From: an uncultured Candidatus Entotheonella sp.
Lineage (GTDB): Bacteria; Tectomicrobia; Entotheonellia; Entotheonellales; Entotheonellaceae
Assembly (NCBI GenBank): GCA_965215335.1
Contig: CBDCDA010000001.1
Coordinates: 544,001-608,000 of the forward strand
Direction: 5' to 3'
Length of the DNA stretch: 64,000 bases
Part shown: piece by piece, positions 45,747 through 55,335 of the stretch
Layout of the letters: the number at the start of each line of letters is the position of its first letter
Numbering within the stretch: the first letter of the stretch is position 1
Notes under the pieces: generated by a model
What the model was told of the DNA's origin: nothing
Seen by the model: only the letters and a program-made list of their open reading frames with translations
Database searches by the model: none
Position numbers and translations under genes: made by a program

Positions 45747-46673
45747 CTATCGGGCGTGGAAGTGCCGTGCCTGCTGGACGTCGCAGGCAATCTGTGCGGC
45801 CAGTTCATCGACCGAGGCAAACTTCCGCTCATCCCGGATTCGGGCAACGAAGGCCACACCCAGCTGCGCGCCATACAGGTCGCCCTCGAAGTCAAGCAGA
45901 TGCGCCTCCACACTGATGGATTCGTTGCCAAACGTCGGATTGCGTCCCACGTTCGCAACGCCAGGATATTGCCGCCCCTCCCACTCCACGCGCACGGCAT
46001 ACACGCCCTCACGGGGCACGAGTTCGTGATCCACGCGGACGTTTGCGGTAGGAAAGCCGAGCTTGGCGCCGCGGCGGAAACCCTTGACGACCAGACCGGA
46101 CAGGACGTAATCCCGGCCAAGCAGACGGGCGGCCTCTTCGACCTGTCCCTTTTGCAGCAAGACACGAATCGTGGAACTGCTCACCACCGTGTCCCCCAGC
46201 TTGACCGCCGGAATGACCGTGAGCTCGTAACCATGCGCCGTGGCCTGTTGCTGGAGAAGCGACACGTTGCCGGCCCGGCAATGGCCAAAGCGGAAATCGT
46301 ATCCCACCACAAGCTCGTGAACGCCGATGCGCTCCTGCAACACGTCGCGGATGAAAGCCAGGGATTTCTGGCGGGCGAATCGTTCCGTAAAGGGAATCCA
46401 CAGCCCCACCCTGACGCCCAGGGCGCCAATCAGGCCGCGCTTCTGGGCGTTGGTGGTAAGAACCAGCGGGGCCCGCTCAGGGGCAAGCACCTTTAACGGA
46501 TGGCAGTCGAACGTGAACACCATGGGAGTGCCGCCGACCTCGTCCGCCCGGCTCACCACGTGCCGGAAAATATTCTGGTGGCCGAGATGCACACCGTCGA
46601 AATTGCCGAGAGCGAGAACGGGTTTAGGGTATGAAGCCGGTTCGATAGCAGCAAGGCTGTCATGGATCCGCAT
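45747..46673 (-). CDS. ribF: Bifunctional riboflavin kinase/FAD synthetase
   Basis: GNFDGVHLGH, VGYDFRFG, VSSSTIR, GFPTAN, EAHLLDF. Confidence 0.97.
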   Translation of the reverse strand: MRIHDSLAAIEPASYPKPVLALGNFDGVHLGHQNIFRHVVSRADEVGGTPMVFTFDCHPLKVLAPERAPLVLTTNAQKRGLIGALGVRVGLWIPFTERFARQKSLAFIRDVLQERIGVHELVVGYDFRFGHCRAGNVSLLQQQATAHGYELTVIPAVKLGDTVVSSSTIRVLLQKGQVEEAARLLGRDYVLSGLVVKGFRRGAKLGFPTANVRVDHELVPREGVYAVRVEWEGRQYPGVANVGRNPTFGNESISVEAHLLDFEGDLYGAQLGVAFVARIRDERKFASVDELAAQIACDVQQARHFHAR

Positions 46674-47050
46674 CGAGGTGTTCCGCTGATCTCTAATGTG
46701 CGTGAAGGTGGGCCGCAATCGACTTGTGACGTTGGAAAACTATAGCATAACTATCTTTGGCACCGCCCCCGACCGGCATCGCTGGCAAGGGGCAGAATGC
46801 GCTTGACAGAACCCTTTCTCCTCTGCAAGACTCGCACCTTCTGCTGGGTTGGATGCCAAGGTACACCTTTACGCTTGCCACACCACCTGTCATCAATTCA
46901 CCAACAGTCATCCGAACATCCGTCAGCGTGACCATCCGGCTATGCTTTGGCTCAGCAAGAAGTCACGCACCGGCCTGCACCAGACGGGCCGTTGAATGGT
47001 TCGTTGCCGGTGCGCCTGCCAGCGAGAGCGGCAACGACGAAAGGGGGTTA

Positions 47051-48655
47051 ATGAGCATGCAACGCGGTAGCCGCATGCACGCACCGGAGTCGATATTCGC
47101 CGCGGTCCGGTCCTTGCTCGTGCTGATTGCCTGCTTGAGCAATGCCGGGTGGCCCGCCGCGCTGGCGCAGGCGCAGCAACGTGAGATGGAACTGTCCCTG
47201 CGCGCGGCCACCGCCTTTGCCCTGCAAGGCAATCTGAACATTCAAATCGCCGGCCTGGAGCCTCGCATCCGGGAGGCGCAGGTGGCCGCTGAGGAAGGGA
47301 TCTTCGACATCCAGATGCACGCTTCGGCCACCGCGTCAAACTCCCGTCTCCTTTCCACCTCGCCTTTCTTCCAGGAATTCATCAACGATTCCGTCGCCCA
47401 GGACAACACGCAGGAACAGGCGATCCGTTTCGGGTTGTCGCGCCTCAACCGCTGGGGCGGCACGTACGGCGTGGAACTTTCGGAGGCGCACGTGGACTCC
47501 ACCCGGCGCGTGCCTGCCCGTCCTGACACGCCCCCGCCGCCGCTGCGCAATGCCTTCAACACCGCCGAGCTGCAGGTCAAAGTCACCCAACCCTTGCTGA
47601 AGAACTTCGGCTCGACCGTCACCAACAACCGTATCGTCATCGCGCAAAACAACCTGTCGATGTCCCAGGAGGATTTCCGGCAGCAAATCACCGGCGTCAC
47701 CGCTCAGGTCCAGCGGGCCTACTGGGACCTGGTGTTTCGCCGCCAGGATCTGGAAGTGCGGCGCCAGCAGCGGGCCCTGGCGGAACAACTCCTGGATCAG
47801 ATTCGCAAGCAGGTGGCCGTCGGCACCCTGGCACCCATCGAAGTGCTGCAGGCCGAAACGGAAATTGCCCGCGTCGAAGAGCGCATCCTCGTTGCCGAGA
47901 ACACGCTGCGGGCAACGGAAGACCGGCTCAAGCGCATCATGAATTTCAGCTTGCTCGGCGAATTGGCGGACGTCGTGCTGTTGCCCGTTGATACCCCGAC
48001 CTACGACGCCCGCGATCTCAACCAGGAAGAGCAGATTCGCCAGGCCCTGGAGCAACGCGTCGCCCTCACGCAGGCGAAGCTGATACTGGAAAACCAGCGC
48101 GTCACGCTGATCTTCAGCCAGAACCAGGCCCTGCCCACCCTCGACCTGGAGACGAGCCTGCGCATCAACGGCATCAGCAAGAACTTCGCGGACCACCTCG
48201 GCGAGGTCGACCCGGGCAAGCGGTACCGCTGGGACGTCAGCCTGCAATTCAGCCAGCCATTGGGCAACCGGCAGGCCAAGAATCGCGTCACGCAGTCCCG
48301 GCTGGCCATCCGCCAGCAGATGCTGCGCATCAAGGACCTGGAAGAAGAAATCATCCGACAGGTCCGCGCCGCCGTGCGCGACGTGATGACCCATGCCCAG
48401 CGGGTGCGGGCCTCGCGCGTGTCGAGCCAACTGGCGCAGAAACAACTCGAGGCCGAGGAGAAAAAGATGCAGGTCGGCCTGTCAACCGTGTTCACGGTAC
48501 TGGATTTCCAGGAAGACCTGAGCGTCGAGCGCTCGAAGGAGATCAATGCCCTGACCGACTACCTGCAAGCCCGCATCCACCTCGAAGCGGTCAAGGGCAC
48601 ACTCCTGAGTTCCTATAACATCATCCTGCAACCGGACGGCCCGCGCCTGCAGTGA
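47051..48655 (+). CDS. TolC-family outer membrane protein
   Basis: Signal peptide, LSL..A...AL..N, TQPLLKNFG, AYWDL, two OEP repeats; start moved downstream from the ORF-track 46757. Confidence 0.88.
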   Translation: MSMQRGSRMHAPESIFAAVRSLLVLIACLSNAGWPAALAQAQQREMELSLRAATAFALQGNLNIQIAGLEPRIREAQVAAEEGIFDIQMHASATASNSRLLSTSPFFQEFINDSVAQDNTQEQAIRFGLSRLNRWGGTYGVELSEAHVDSTRRVPARPDTPPPPLRNAFNTAELQVKVTQPLLKNFGSTVTNNRIVIAQNNLSMSQEDFRQQITGVTAQVQRAYWDLVFRRQDLEVRRQQRALAEQLLDQIRKQVAVGTLAPIEVLQAETEIARVEERILVAENTLRATEDRLKRIMNFSLLGELADVVLLPVDTPTYDARDLNQEEQIRQALEQRVALTQAKLILENQRVTLIFSQNQALPTLDLETSLRINGISKNFADHLGEVDPGKRYRWDVSLQFSQPLGNRQAKNRVTQSRLAIRQQMLRIKDLEEEIIRQVRAAVRDVMTHAQRVRASRVSSQLAQKQLEAEEKKMQVGLSTVFTVLDFQEDLSVERSKEINALTDYLQARIHLEAVKGTLLSSYNIILQPDGPRLQ

Positions 48656-48682
48656 CGCCGCGCGGCCAGGTAGAGGCGCATC

Positions 48683-49123
48683 ATGCGGATACTGGGTTTG
48701 GACGTTGGCGACCGTCGCATCGGGGTTGCGGTAAGCGACGAGCTGTCTCTGTTCGCTCAAGGGCTGTTCGTTCTCGAACGTCGCAATCCCGTCGCCGACG
48801 TGGCTGCGTTGCGGGAGGTCATGAGTGAGTATGACGTCACCCGGGTCGTCGTAGGCATGCCTCGGAACATGAATGGCTCGTACGGTCCGCAAGCGGACAA
48901 AACGGCGGTCTTCATCGACCGCCTCGAACAGTCCTGCAACCTACCCTGTATCGCCTGGGATGAACGCCTCACCACACAGCAGGCCGAGCGCGTGCTGGTC
49001 GCCGCCAATCAGCGGCGCCGCAAGCGCAAGGCCGTGCGGGACAAACTCGCCGCGCAGCTCGTCCTGCAAAGCTATCTCGACCACCAGCGCCTGACCGCCA
49101 AGACCCAACCCGCTCAAGCGTGA
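48683..49123 (+). CDS. yqgF: Pre-16S rRNA nuclease YqgF (RuvX)
   Basis: LGLDVGDRRIGVAVSD, VVGMP, WDERLTT, D..AA..LQ.YL. Confidence 0.95.
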   Translation: MRILGLDVGDRRIGVAVSDELSLFAQGLFVLERRNPVADVAALREVMSEYDVTRVVVGMPRNMNGSYGPQADKTAVFIDRLEQSCNLPCIAWDERLTTQQAERVLVAANQRRRKRKAVRDKLAAQLVLQSYLDHQRLTAKTQPAQA

Positions 49124-50154
49124 GGGACAGCCCCGTGCCGCACGCCTGCCGCTTTGCCGGGCAATGCCTGTCGATTTTGAGCTTGTCCGCATTTCTCGTC
49201 CTCCTGGGCCTTTTGGGCGTCTGGATTCTCGTTCACCAGCCGGCCGCCATCGAAGAAAGGGAACAAGTCATCCAGGTGAGCCGGGGCGCGGGCCTGCGGC
49301 AGATCGCCAGTCAGCTGCATGAGGCCGGTTTGATTCGTCATCCGCTACCGTTCGTCCTGTATGCCAAGGCCAGACGCATGGCGCCGCGCCTGCAGGCCGG
49401 GGAGTATGCGCTGAGCGCCAACATGTCCCCGGTCGAGGTCCTCGACATCCTGTACCACGGCAGGGTCATGCATCACGCCTTGACCATTCCCGAAGGCGCG
49501 ACGCTGCGCGACATTGCGGCGTTGGCGGCGGCCAAGGGCATGGGCAGTGAACGGCGCGTGCTTGAACTCGGCTCCGACGCCGCTTTCATAGCGTCCCTCG
49601 GTCTCACCGTATCGTCTCTCGAGGGGTATTTGTTTCCGGATACGTATCACGTGACGCGGGACATGGATGAAGCGGACCTCCTGGCGCTCATGGTGCGGAC
49701 CTTCCAACAGAATTACCCGGCGGAAATCACCGCCAAGGCCGAACGTCTGGCGTTGTCGCAGCACGCCGTCGTGACGCTCGCATCACTGATCGAAAAGGAG
49801 GCCCAACTCGACTCGGAGCGCGCGCTCATCGCTGCCGTGTTTCACAACCGGTTGCGGCGCGGCATGCGCCTGCAATGCGATTCCACGGTGATTTACGCAC
49901 TCGGCGAGGCTTTCAACGGCAACCTGAGAAAGGCCGATTTGCAGATCGACTCGCCTTACAACACCTACCGCCATGCCGGGTTGCCGCCCGGCCCCATCGC
50001 CAACCCCGGCAGACGCTCGATCGCCGCGGCGGTGGCGCCGGCCGCCGTGAAGTACTTGTATTTCGTGGCGACCAGGGAGAACGGCGCCCACCACTTTTCC
50101 AACACGCTGAAAGAACACAACCGGGCCGTGCGGAAGTACCAGCTCAATCGTTAG
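49120..50154 (+). CDS. mltG: Endolytic transglycosylase MltG
   Basis: TIPEG, LEGYLFPDTY, ASLIEKE, LQCD.TV.Y, SPYNTY..GLPPGPI.NPG. Confidence 0.96.
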   Translation: MRDSPVPHACRFAGQCLSILSLSAFLVLLGLLGVWILVHQPAAIEEREQVIQVSRGAGLRQIASQLHEAGLIRHPLPFVLYAKARRMAPRLQAGEYALSANMSPVEVLDILYHGRVMHHALTIPEGATLRDIAALAAAKGMGSERRVLELGSDAAFIASLGLTVSSLEGYLFPDTYHVTRDMDEADLLALMVRTFQQNYPAEITAKAERLALSQHAVVTLASLIEKEAQLDSERALIAAVFHNRLRRGMRLQCDSTVIYALGEAFNGNLRKADLQIDSPYNTYRHAGLPPGPIANPGRRSIAAAVAPAAVKYLYFVATRENGAHHFSNTLKEHNRAVRKYQLNR

Positions 50155-51340
50155 CCTCCTGCCCGCCGTCGTTGCCAGGCACGCCCAAGCCTGCCCACCC
50201 GATGCGCAGCGAACCGTGCACGTGGCGGCGCAAGAGCAACGCCGTGAGACCCAGCATGCACAGGTTGGGCAGCCAGGCCGCGAGCATGGGCGACAGCCTG
50301 CTAGCCTCGCCCAGCGCGTCGCTGGCACTGAGCAGGACGTAATAGACGAAGATGCCGGCGATGCTGAGCAGATACCCCGCCGAACGGCCGGAACGGGTCT
50401 GGGTAGCGCCCAGTGCCGGGCCGAGGCCCGCGAAGACGATGCACGCAAAGGGAAGCGCGAAAAGCTTGTGCCAGAACAGCCGGAGGGCTCTGGCATCTTC
50501 ACCGAGCGCCTCTCGGCGGGCGATTTCCGCCCGCAGTTGATGGGGGAACAGTTCGCGCACGCCAGCGGAGCCGGTCGATTGGCGCGCCAATCGGGTGTCG
50601 AGGTCGAGCACCACGTCATACCGCCCGAAGTGCACCAGATGATAGCGCCCGTCCGCAGGCGCAAAGCGATGAATGACGCCCTTGCCGAGGCGCAAGACAA
50701 CCTGCAGCGCTTCCGGCTGGACGAGCAGTTCGCCCTGCTCGGCCGTAATCACCTGCGTGATTTGCGAGCGGTTGTCGGCGACAAAAATCCCCTCGAAACG
50801 GTGTGCCCGGGGACGAATGCGTTCAACGTAGAATACCAGCCCCTTGAAGGCGTCGTTGAATTCCTGTGGCCTCAGGTGATAGTAGGCACGGTCCCGTACG
50901 ATATCGAAAACGAGCCGCTGCAGGCCCTGGAAGCCCCACGGCGACACGTACATGAGGGCAAACGCCGACAGGGCGTAGGCCGCCACGGCAGCCATGAAAA
51001 AGGGCAGCAATAGACGATAGACGCTGATCCCCGCAGCGCGCAGAACCACGAGCTCGTTGTCGGCTGACATGCGGTGAAGGGTCAGCGTGCAGCCCATCAG
51101 GAACCCGATGGGCAGCGTCAGGCCGCTGACGGTAGGCAGGGTATAACAAAGCAGCCGCCACGACATGCCGACGTCGAGGCGATTTTGCAGCACGAGGCTT
51201 GCCATCCACAGGAGCTTGTCGAGAAAGAAGACCCCGGTTGCCACCCCGAGGGCAACCAGGGTCAGGGGAATGATCTCCCGGATGATATGGCGATCAATGA
51301 TACGCACGGCGACCGCTTCCCTTTCGTAGCCGCCCGACAC
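50144..51340 (-). CDS. lptF: LPS export ABC permease LptF/LptG family
   Basis: IIDRHI.RE, P..L......RM..DNEL..LRAAGIS..RL, periplasmic beta-jellyroll, AAWLPN. Confidence 0.85.
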   Translation of the reverse strand: MSGGYEREAVAVRIIDRHIIREIIPLTLVALGVATGVFFLDKLLWMASLVLQNRLDVGMSWRLLCYTLPTVSGLTLPIGFLMGCTLTLHRMSADNELVVLRAAGISVYRLLLPFFMAAVAAYALSAFALMYVSPWGFQGLQRLVFDIVRDRAYYHLRPQEFNDAFKGLVFYVERIRPRAHRFEGIFVADNRSQITQVITAEQGELLVQPEALQVVLRLGKGVIHRFAPADGRYHLVHFGRYDVVLDLDTRLARQSTGSAGVRELFPHQLRAEIARREALGEDARALRLFWHKLFALPFACIVFAGLGPALGATQTRSGRSAGYLLSIAGIFVYYVLLSASDALGEASRLSPMLAAWLPNLCMLGLTALLLRRHVHGSLRIGWAGLGVPGNDGGQEAND

Positions 51341-51387
51341 GCCGGGTCTGAACGGCAGCAGAACCAGGGTGCTGGTGGGGCCGAGTC

Positions 51388-52233
51388 GTGAACATAATGG
51401 ATACTTCCATGGACGATTTGACGCGGTGCGAGCACCCTTCGATACCCGATCCGCTTGAGGCCGATGACCTGCAGCGCTTGCTCACGACCAAAACGTTGGG
51501 CCGGACCGTTCATGTGAAGGCGCAAACGACCTCGACCAACGACGTTGCCAAGCAGCTGGCGCGAGACGGGGCGCCGGAGGGCACCGTGGTTTTGGCCGAG
51601 CAGCAGCAGCGGGGACGAGGGCGTCAGGGGCGTAGCTTTGTCTCGCCGGCCGGCGTGGGGATCTACATGTCGCTGCTGTTGCGGCCGCAGGTTGATCTCA
51701 GCCGCCTGCCGCAGCTGACCCTGGTAGCAGCGGTGGCAGCGGCGGAGGCCATCGCCGAGGTGAGCTCTCTATCTATCGAACTGAAATGGCCGAACGACGT
51801 GATGATTCACGACAAGAAGGCGGGGGGCATCCTGACCGAAAGCGTTTTCCAGGCCAGCCTGTCGCCCGTGGCCATCGTTGGCATCGGTATCAACGTCAAC
51901 ACCGCTCTGGAGCAGTTCCCCGCCGATCTGCGACATCAGGTTACCTCCCTGGCCCTGGCAGCCGGGCGTTGCGTGCCCCGCCCGCCGCTCATCGCCGCAC
52001 TCCTGGCTCGCCTCGAACCGCTCTATCACACCTTCCAGCAGCAGGGTCTCGCGCCCATCTTACCACGCTGGCTGCGCTACGGACGCATCGCCGGCAAGCC
52101 GGTGCGCTGCACCACGGCGCGCGGCGTCGAGGAGGGCGTCGTCCTGAGCCTGGATGAGGATGGCGCTTTGCTGGTGCAAGGGCGTGACGGCTCGCGCCTG
52201 CGGGTCGTTTCCGGCGAGATGGTGTTCCTGTGA
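51388..52233 (+). CDS. birA: Biotin-protein ligase BirA (no obvious N-terminal HTH)
   Basis: STN, AEQQ..GRGRQGR, KWPNDV, K.GGIL.E, GIGIN. Confidence 0.95.
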   Translation: MNIMDTSMDDLTRCEHPSIPDPLEADDLQRLLTTKTLGRTVHVKAQTTSTNDVAKQLARDGAPEGTVVLAEQQQRGRGRQGRSFVSPAGVGIYMSLLLRPQVDLSRLPQLTLVAAVAAAEAIAEVSSLSIELKWPNDVMIHDKKAGGILTESVFQASLSPVAIVGIGINVNTALEQFPADLRHQVTSLALAAGRCVPRPPLIAALLARLEPLYHTFQQQGLAPILPRWLRYGRIAGKPVRCTTARGVEEGVVLSLDEDGALLVQGRDGSRLRVVSGEMVFL

Positions 52234-52249
52234 ACGCCGAGCGCGTTTC

Positions 52250-52278
52250 TTGACACCGGAGGGTCGCGCACGTATGCT
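52250..52278 (+). promoter_or_regulatory. Sigma70 promoter of the tRNA pair
   Basis: TTGACA-N17-TATGCT, about 48 bp upstream of tRNA-Ala. Confidence 0.75.
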
Positions 52279-52325
52279 CTGGGAGCCACAATGAACAGGC
52301 GCGACACAGACGGTCGCGGCCTTGT

Positions 52326-52398
52326 GGGCGGTTAGCTCAGTTGGGAGAGCGCTGCCTTCGCAAGGCAGAGGTCGGGAGTTCGAATCTCCTACCGTCCA
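52326..52398 (+). tRNA. tRNA-Ala (anticodon CGC), CCA not encoded
   Basis: Acceptor GGGCGGT/ACCGTCC with G3:U70 Ala identity pair; anticodon arm CTGCC-TTCGCAA-GGCAG; GTTCGAATC T-loop. Confidence 0.96.
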
Positions 52399-52417
52399 TG
52401 CGGTTCTCAGACCGCCG

Positions 52418-52444
52418 GAGAAATGGGCAACCTGCCCATTTCTC
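52418..52444. repeat. Perfect 12-bp hairpin between the two tRNAs
   Basis: GAGAAATGGGCA-ACC-TGCCCATTTCTC. Confidence 0.8.
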
Positions 52445-52455
52445 ACCAGCACGAC

Positions 52456-52527
52456 GGGCGATTAGCTCAGCGGGAGAGCACTGCCTTCACACGGCAGGGG
52501 TCACTGGTTCAAATCCAGTATCGCCCA
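52456..52527 (+). tRNA. tRNA-Val (anticodon CAC), CCA not encoded
   Basis: Acceptor GGGCGAT/ATCGCCC; anticodon arm CTGCC-TTCACAC-GGCAG; GGTTCAAATCC. Confidence 0.96.
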
Positions 52528-52550
52528 TTTCCCTATTCATCCCCTACCCT

Positions 52551-54212
52551 CTATCCGCTGCGCGCCACCCACTGCCCATAAACCGGGAACTGGCTGCACA
52601 CGGCCTCGATGTAGGCCGGAACACCGTCCGCATTGGCTACCAGGGCACGTTGCAAGGCGCCCGCCAAGGCGCCCGGCTCTGTCACCCGCTCGGTGTGCAA
52701 CCCGAACTCCCGGATGGCCTTCGACAGGTCGATCTCGTCGGGACCGAGCACGCGGTGGGTGTAGGGATCGTGACCCTCACCCCAGAAGCCGGGACCGTAT
52801 CCGGCAAAACCGCCGTTGCTGACGTGCACGACCGTGACCCCCAGCTTCTCCCGCACCGGCACCTCCAGGTTACCCATCATGTAGCCGAGCCCCGCCTCGC
52901 CGGTCACGGCAACCGCGCTGCGCTCCGGATGCGCCTTCTTGGCGGCGACCACCGCGGCCAGACTGTAGCCCAATGACGACACGTTGCCCCAGCCCAGGAA
53001 GCCCCGCGGAATGAGCGTGTCGTAAACCGTGCTGAGCTGGTCGCGAGTGTTGCCGGATTCGTGCGTGACAAATGACTTGTGCGGGTCCAGAACCTTCATG
53101 AGCTCGCTGTATACGCGATAAGGGTTGATCGGCGCGTCGTCGGAGGCCATCGCCTCCCGGTAGGATGCCAGCGCGCGGTCGCGGGACGCCTTGACCTCAG
53201 CCGCTACGCTGCCGGGCGGGCAACCCTTTCCATCGGACTGCCTGGCCAACTCCTCGGCCAGCGCCTGCAGGGAGAACCGGGCGTTGCCGAGCAGGGCGTG
53301 CGCCGTCGGGAACACCTTGTTGACGTCCAGTTCGCTGACGTTGCAGGAGATGATGGTTTTCTGCGCCGCGTCGGGGATGGCGTGACTGAAGCGGCCCGGC
53401 GACAGGCTGGAGCCGACGGCGAGGATCACATCACTCTTCTTCAGGTATTCGGTCACCTGGTCGCCGCGCACCCCGACAAACAACGGGTGGTTTTCGGGAA
53501 ACGCACCCTTGGCCTTGAGCGTCGTGATGACCGGCACATTCGCCAGTTCCACGAAGGTTTTGAGCTCCGCCACCGCGTCGGCATAGATGACGCCCTCGCC
53601 CGCGTACACGAGCGGGCTTTGCGCCTTCATCAGCAACTCGACGGCCATCTTCACGTCAGCCGGGTCGGGTGCCGCCTTCCACCCCTTCACCGGCGTGTAC
53701 GGGTCGGCGGTTTCGTCGTACTGCCCGGTCGCTTCGGGCACGGCCAGAATGACGGGCCCCGGGCGTCCGGTGCGCAACATGGTAAAGGCACGGCGCATGA
53801 ACTCCGGTACACGTTCCGGCTTGTCGATGTAGCCGTACCATTTGGACACCGACTTGAGGCTGGCGGTGAGGTCGAAGTGCGAATTCTCGGAACTGCCAAT
53901 CGGCACGCCGTCGGTGATGCACAGCATCGGCGAGTTGTCTTCGTAAGCCTGCGCCAGCCCCGCGTAGGCCACCTGCAGCCCGGCGGCGTTGACGCCGCCC
54001 TGCACCGTGGCAACGCCGGTCCGTTTACCGCCGGTAATGCGGGAGAAGGCGTCCGCCACGGCGATGGCGTAGCGGTCGTCCCGCATCATGAGCATGGGTA
54101 CATTCTCGCGGCCGAGTGCGTTGTTGACCCTGCAAACGGGAAAGGTGGAGACCCACTCCACGCCCTCCTGCCTGAGAATGCGTGCAATTCCGGTTGCGAC
54201 GTCGGTAGTCAA
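52551..54212 (-). CDS. Thiamine-diphosphate-dependent enzyme (acetolactate synthase superfamily, divergent)
   Basis: PYR/RH/PP architecture; RRAFT.LR.GRPGPV, AGEGV, FPENHPL, variant TGEAG..N motif. Confidence 0.88.
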   Translation of the reverse strand: MTTDVATGIARILRQEGVEWVSTFPVCRVNNALGRENVPMLMMRDDRYAIAVADAFSRITGGKRTGVATVQGGVNAAGLQVAYAGLAQAYEDNSPMLCITDGVPIGSSENSHFDLTASLKSVSKWYGYIDKPERVPEFMRRAFTMLRTGRPGPVILAVPEATGQYDETADPYTPVKGWKAAPDPADVKMAVELLMKAQSPLVYAGEGVIYADAVAELKTFVELANVPVITTLKAKGAFPENHPLFVGVRGDQVTEYLKKSDVILAVGSSLSPGRFSHAIPDAAQKTIISCNVSELDVNKVFPTAHALLGNARFSLQALAEELARQSDGKGCPPGSVAAEVKASRDRALASYREAMASDDAPINPYRVYSELMKVLDPHKSFVTHESGNTRDQLSTVYDTLIPRGFLGWGNVSSLGYSLAAVVAAKKAHPERSAVAVTGEAGLGYMMGNLEVPVREKLGVTVVHVSNGGFAGYGPGFWGEGHDPYTHRVLGPDEIDLSKAIREFGLHTERVTEPGALAGALQRALVANADGVPAYIEAVCSQFPVYGQWVARSG

Positions 54213-54339
54213 GGCGGTGTCCTTTTGTGGTGGGGTTGCAAGCTTTCGTGAGGGCCAGCGTCCGTACCGCGGCGGCTGACGAGTGGTGCATCACTATAAG
54301 TCACAAACTGGTGGCGGTCCATCCACACCCTTGGGTGGC

Positions 54340-54534
54340 CAGGGTAAGCGCATATGGCGCCATTCGGATACAGCAGTTCAAGATTGATTGGTGTCCCACC
54401 GTAGCGTCATTCCGGCGCATGCCGGAATCCAGAGTCATGCCGCCGTGGATGCCGGGTCAAGCCCGGCATGACGTGCAGGCAGGCTTATGAGCGTCGCATG
54501 GTTATTACGGCAATCCTCATATGCGCTTACCCTG
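54340..54534. mobile_element. 195-bp MITE with ISAs1-type 17-bp perfect terminal IRs
   Basis: CAGGGTAAGCGCATATG ... CATATGCGCTTACCCTG; degenerate flanks CTTGGGTGGC / CTTGGCGGC. Confidence 0.8.
54405..54473. repeat. REP-like compound palindrome inside the MITE
   Basis: CGTCATTCCGGCGCATGCCGGAATCCAG...TGGATGCCGGGTCAAGCCCGGCATGACG. Confidence 0.75.
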
Positions 54535-54649
54535 CTTGGCGGCTGGCGGCCGTGAGCGTCGTTCCCTTTTGACCCGCGATGAGGAATGGAAATAGAATCT
54601 GCCCCCGTCCAACGTCTTCCAGTCCAACATTCAAGAAGGAGAGCCCATC

Positions 54650-55078
54650 ATGAGCGGCGCCGAGATTCTCTTCGACCACGTGCACATCATCTGCGAGGAG
54701 CCGGAATCCGCTGCCGCGTGGTACGCCGACATGCTGGGCGGCACCGTCACCCGCCGCAGCGAAGTGCGCGGCGCGCCCCAGATCGCGGTGCAGTTCAACG
54801 GCGCCACCATCCTGGTTCGCGGTCGCCGCCCCGGGGAGCAGCCGGCGAAGCGCCCGCCCCTGCAATCGTTCGAGAATTTCGTCAGCCACGACCAATGGGG
54901 CACCGATCACTTCGGCTTCAAGGTCGTCGGGGACCTGACCGAGTTTTGTGACGCCATCCGGGAAAAAGGCGGCACATTTGCCGTGGAACCTTATGAATTC
55001 GCGCCGGGCACGCGCATCGCCTACCTTTCGGGGCCTGACGGCGTGAGCATCGAACTCGTCGAGGCCAAAGCCCAGTAG
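54650..55078 (+). CDS. VOC/glyoxalase family protein
   Basis: FDHVHI, WY...LG, DHFGF.V, GPDGVSIELVE. Confidence 0.9.
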   Translation: MSGAEILFDHVHIICEEPESAAAWYADMLGGTVTRRSEVRGAPQIAVQFNGATILVRGRRPGEQPAKRPPLQSFENFVSHDQWGTDHFGFKVVGDLTEFCDAIREKGGTFAVEPYEFAPGTRIAYLSGPDGVSIELVEAKAQ

Positions 55079-55137
55079 AAAGACGTCACGCTTCTGCTAC
55101 ACAGACGTGTGAAATCAGTCGATAGAGGAGTTGCAGC

Positions 55138-55335
55138 ATGACCGAAGACCACGATGCACTCCAACATGAGGCCGAGCGAGCCGGGCTTACCCAACTCTTG
55201 GAGACGCATTGGGCGCAGCTCGCCAAAGCCAAGGCGTCGGCTGAGCAGTTGATATGCGGCATTCCCCGCCATCTGCACATGTACGATGAACCGGCCCATA
55301 TATTCCGGGCGGTGCAGAGGCGTGAGCATGACTGA
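55138..55335 (+). CDS. Small protein preceding the amidase (putative AtzG/GatC-like accessory subunit)
   Basis: 65 aa, GAGGAG RBS, C-terminal DEPAHIF, overlaps the amidase start. Confidence 0.65.
   Translation: MTEDHDALQHEAERAGLTQLLETHWAQLAKAKASAEQLICGIPRHLHMYDEPAHIFRAVQRREHD

Noticed and set aside
46757..47050. Long N-terminal extension of the TolC-like ORF (similar extensions on glnD, rpsA, cmk, ribF and the Cys-cluster gene)
   Set aside because: Better starts (RBS, signal peptide or family N-terminus) lie downstream; the extensions are artefacts of longest-ORF calling.
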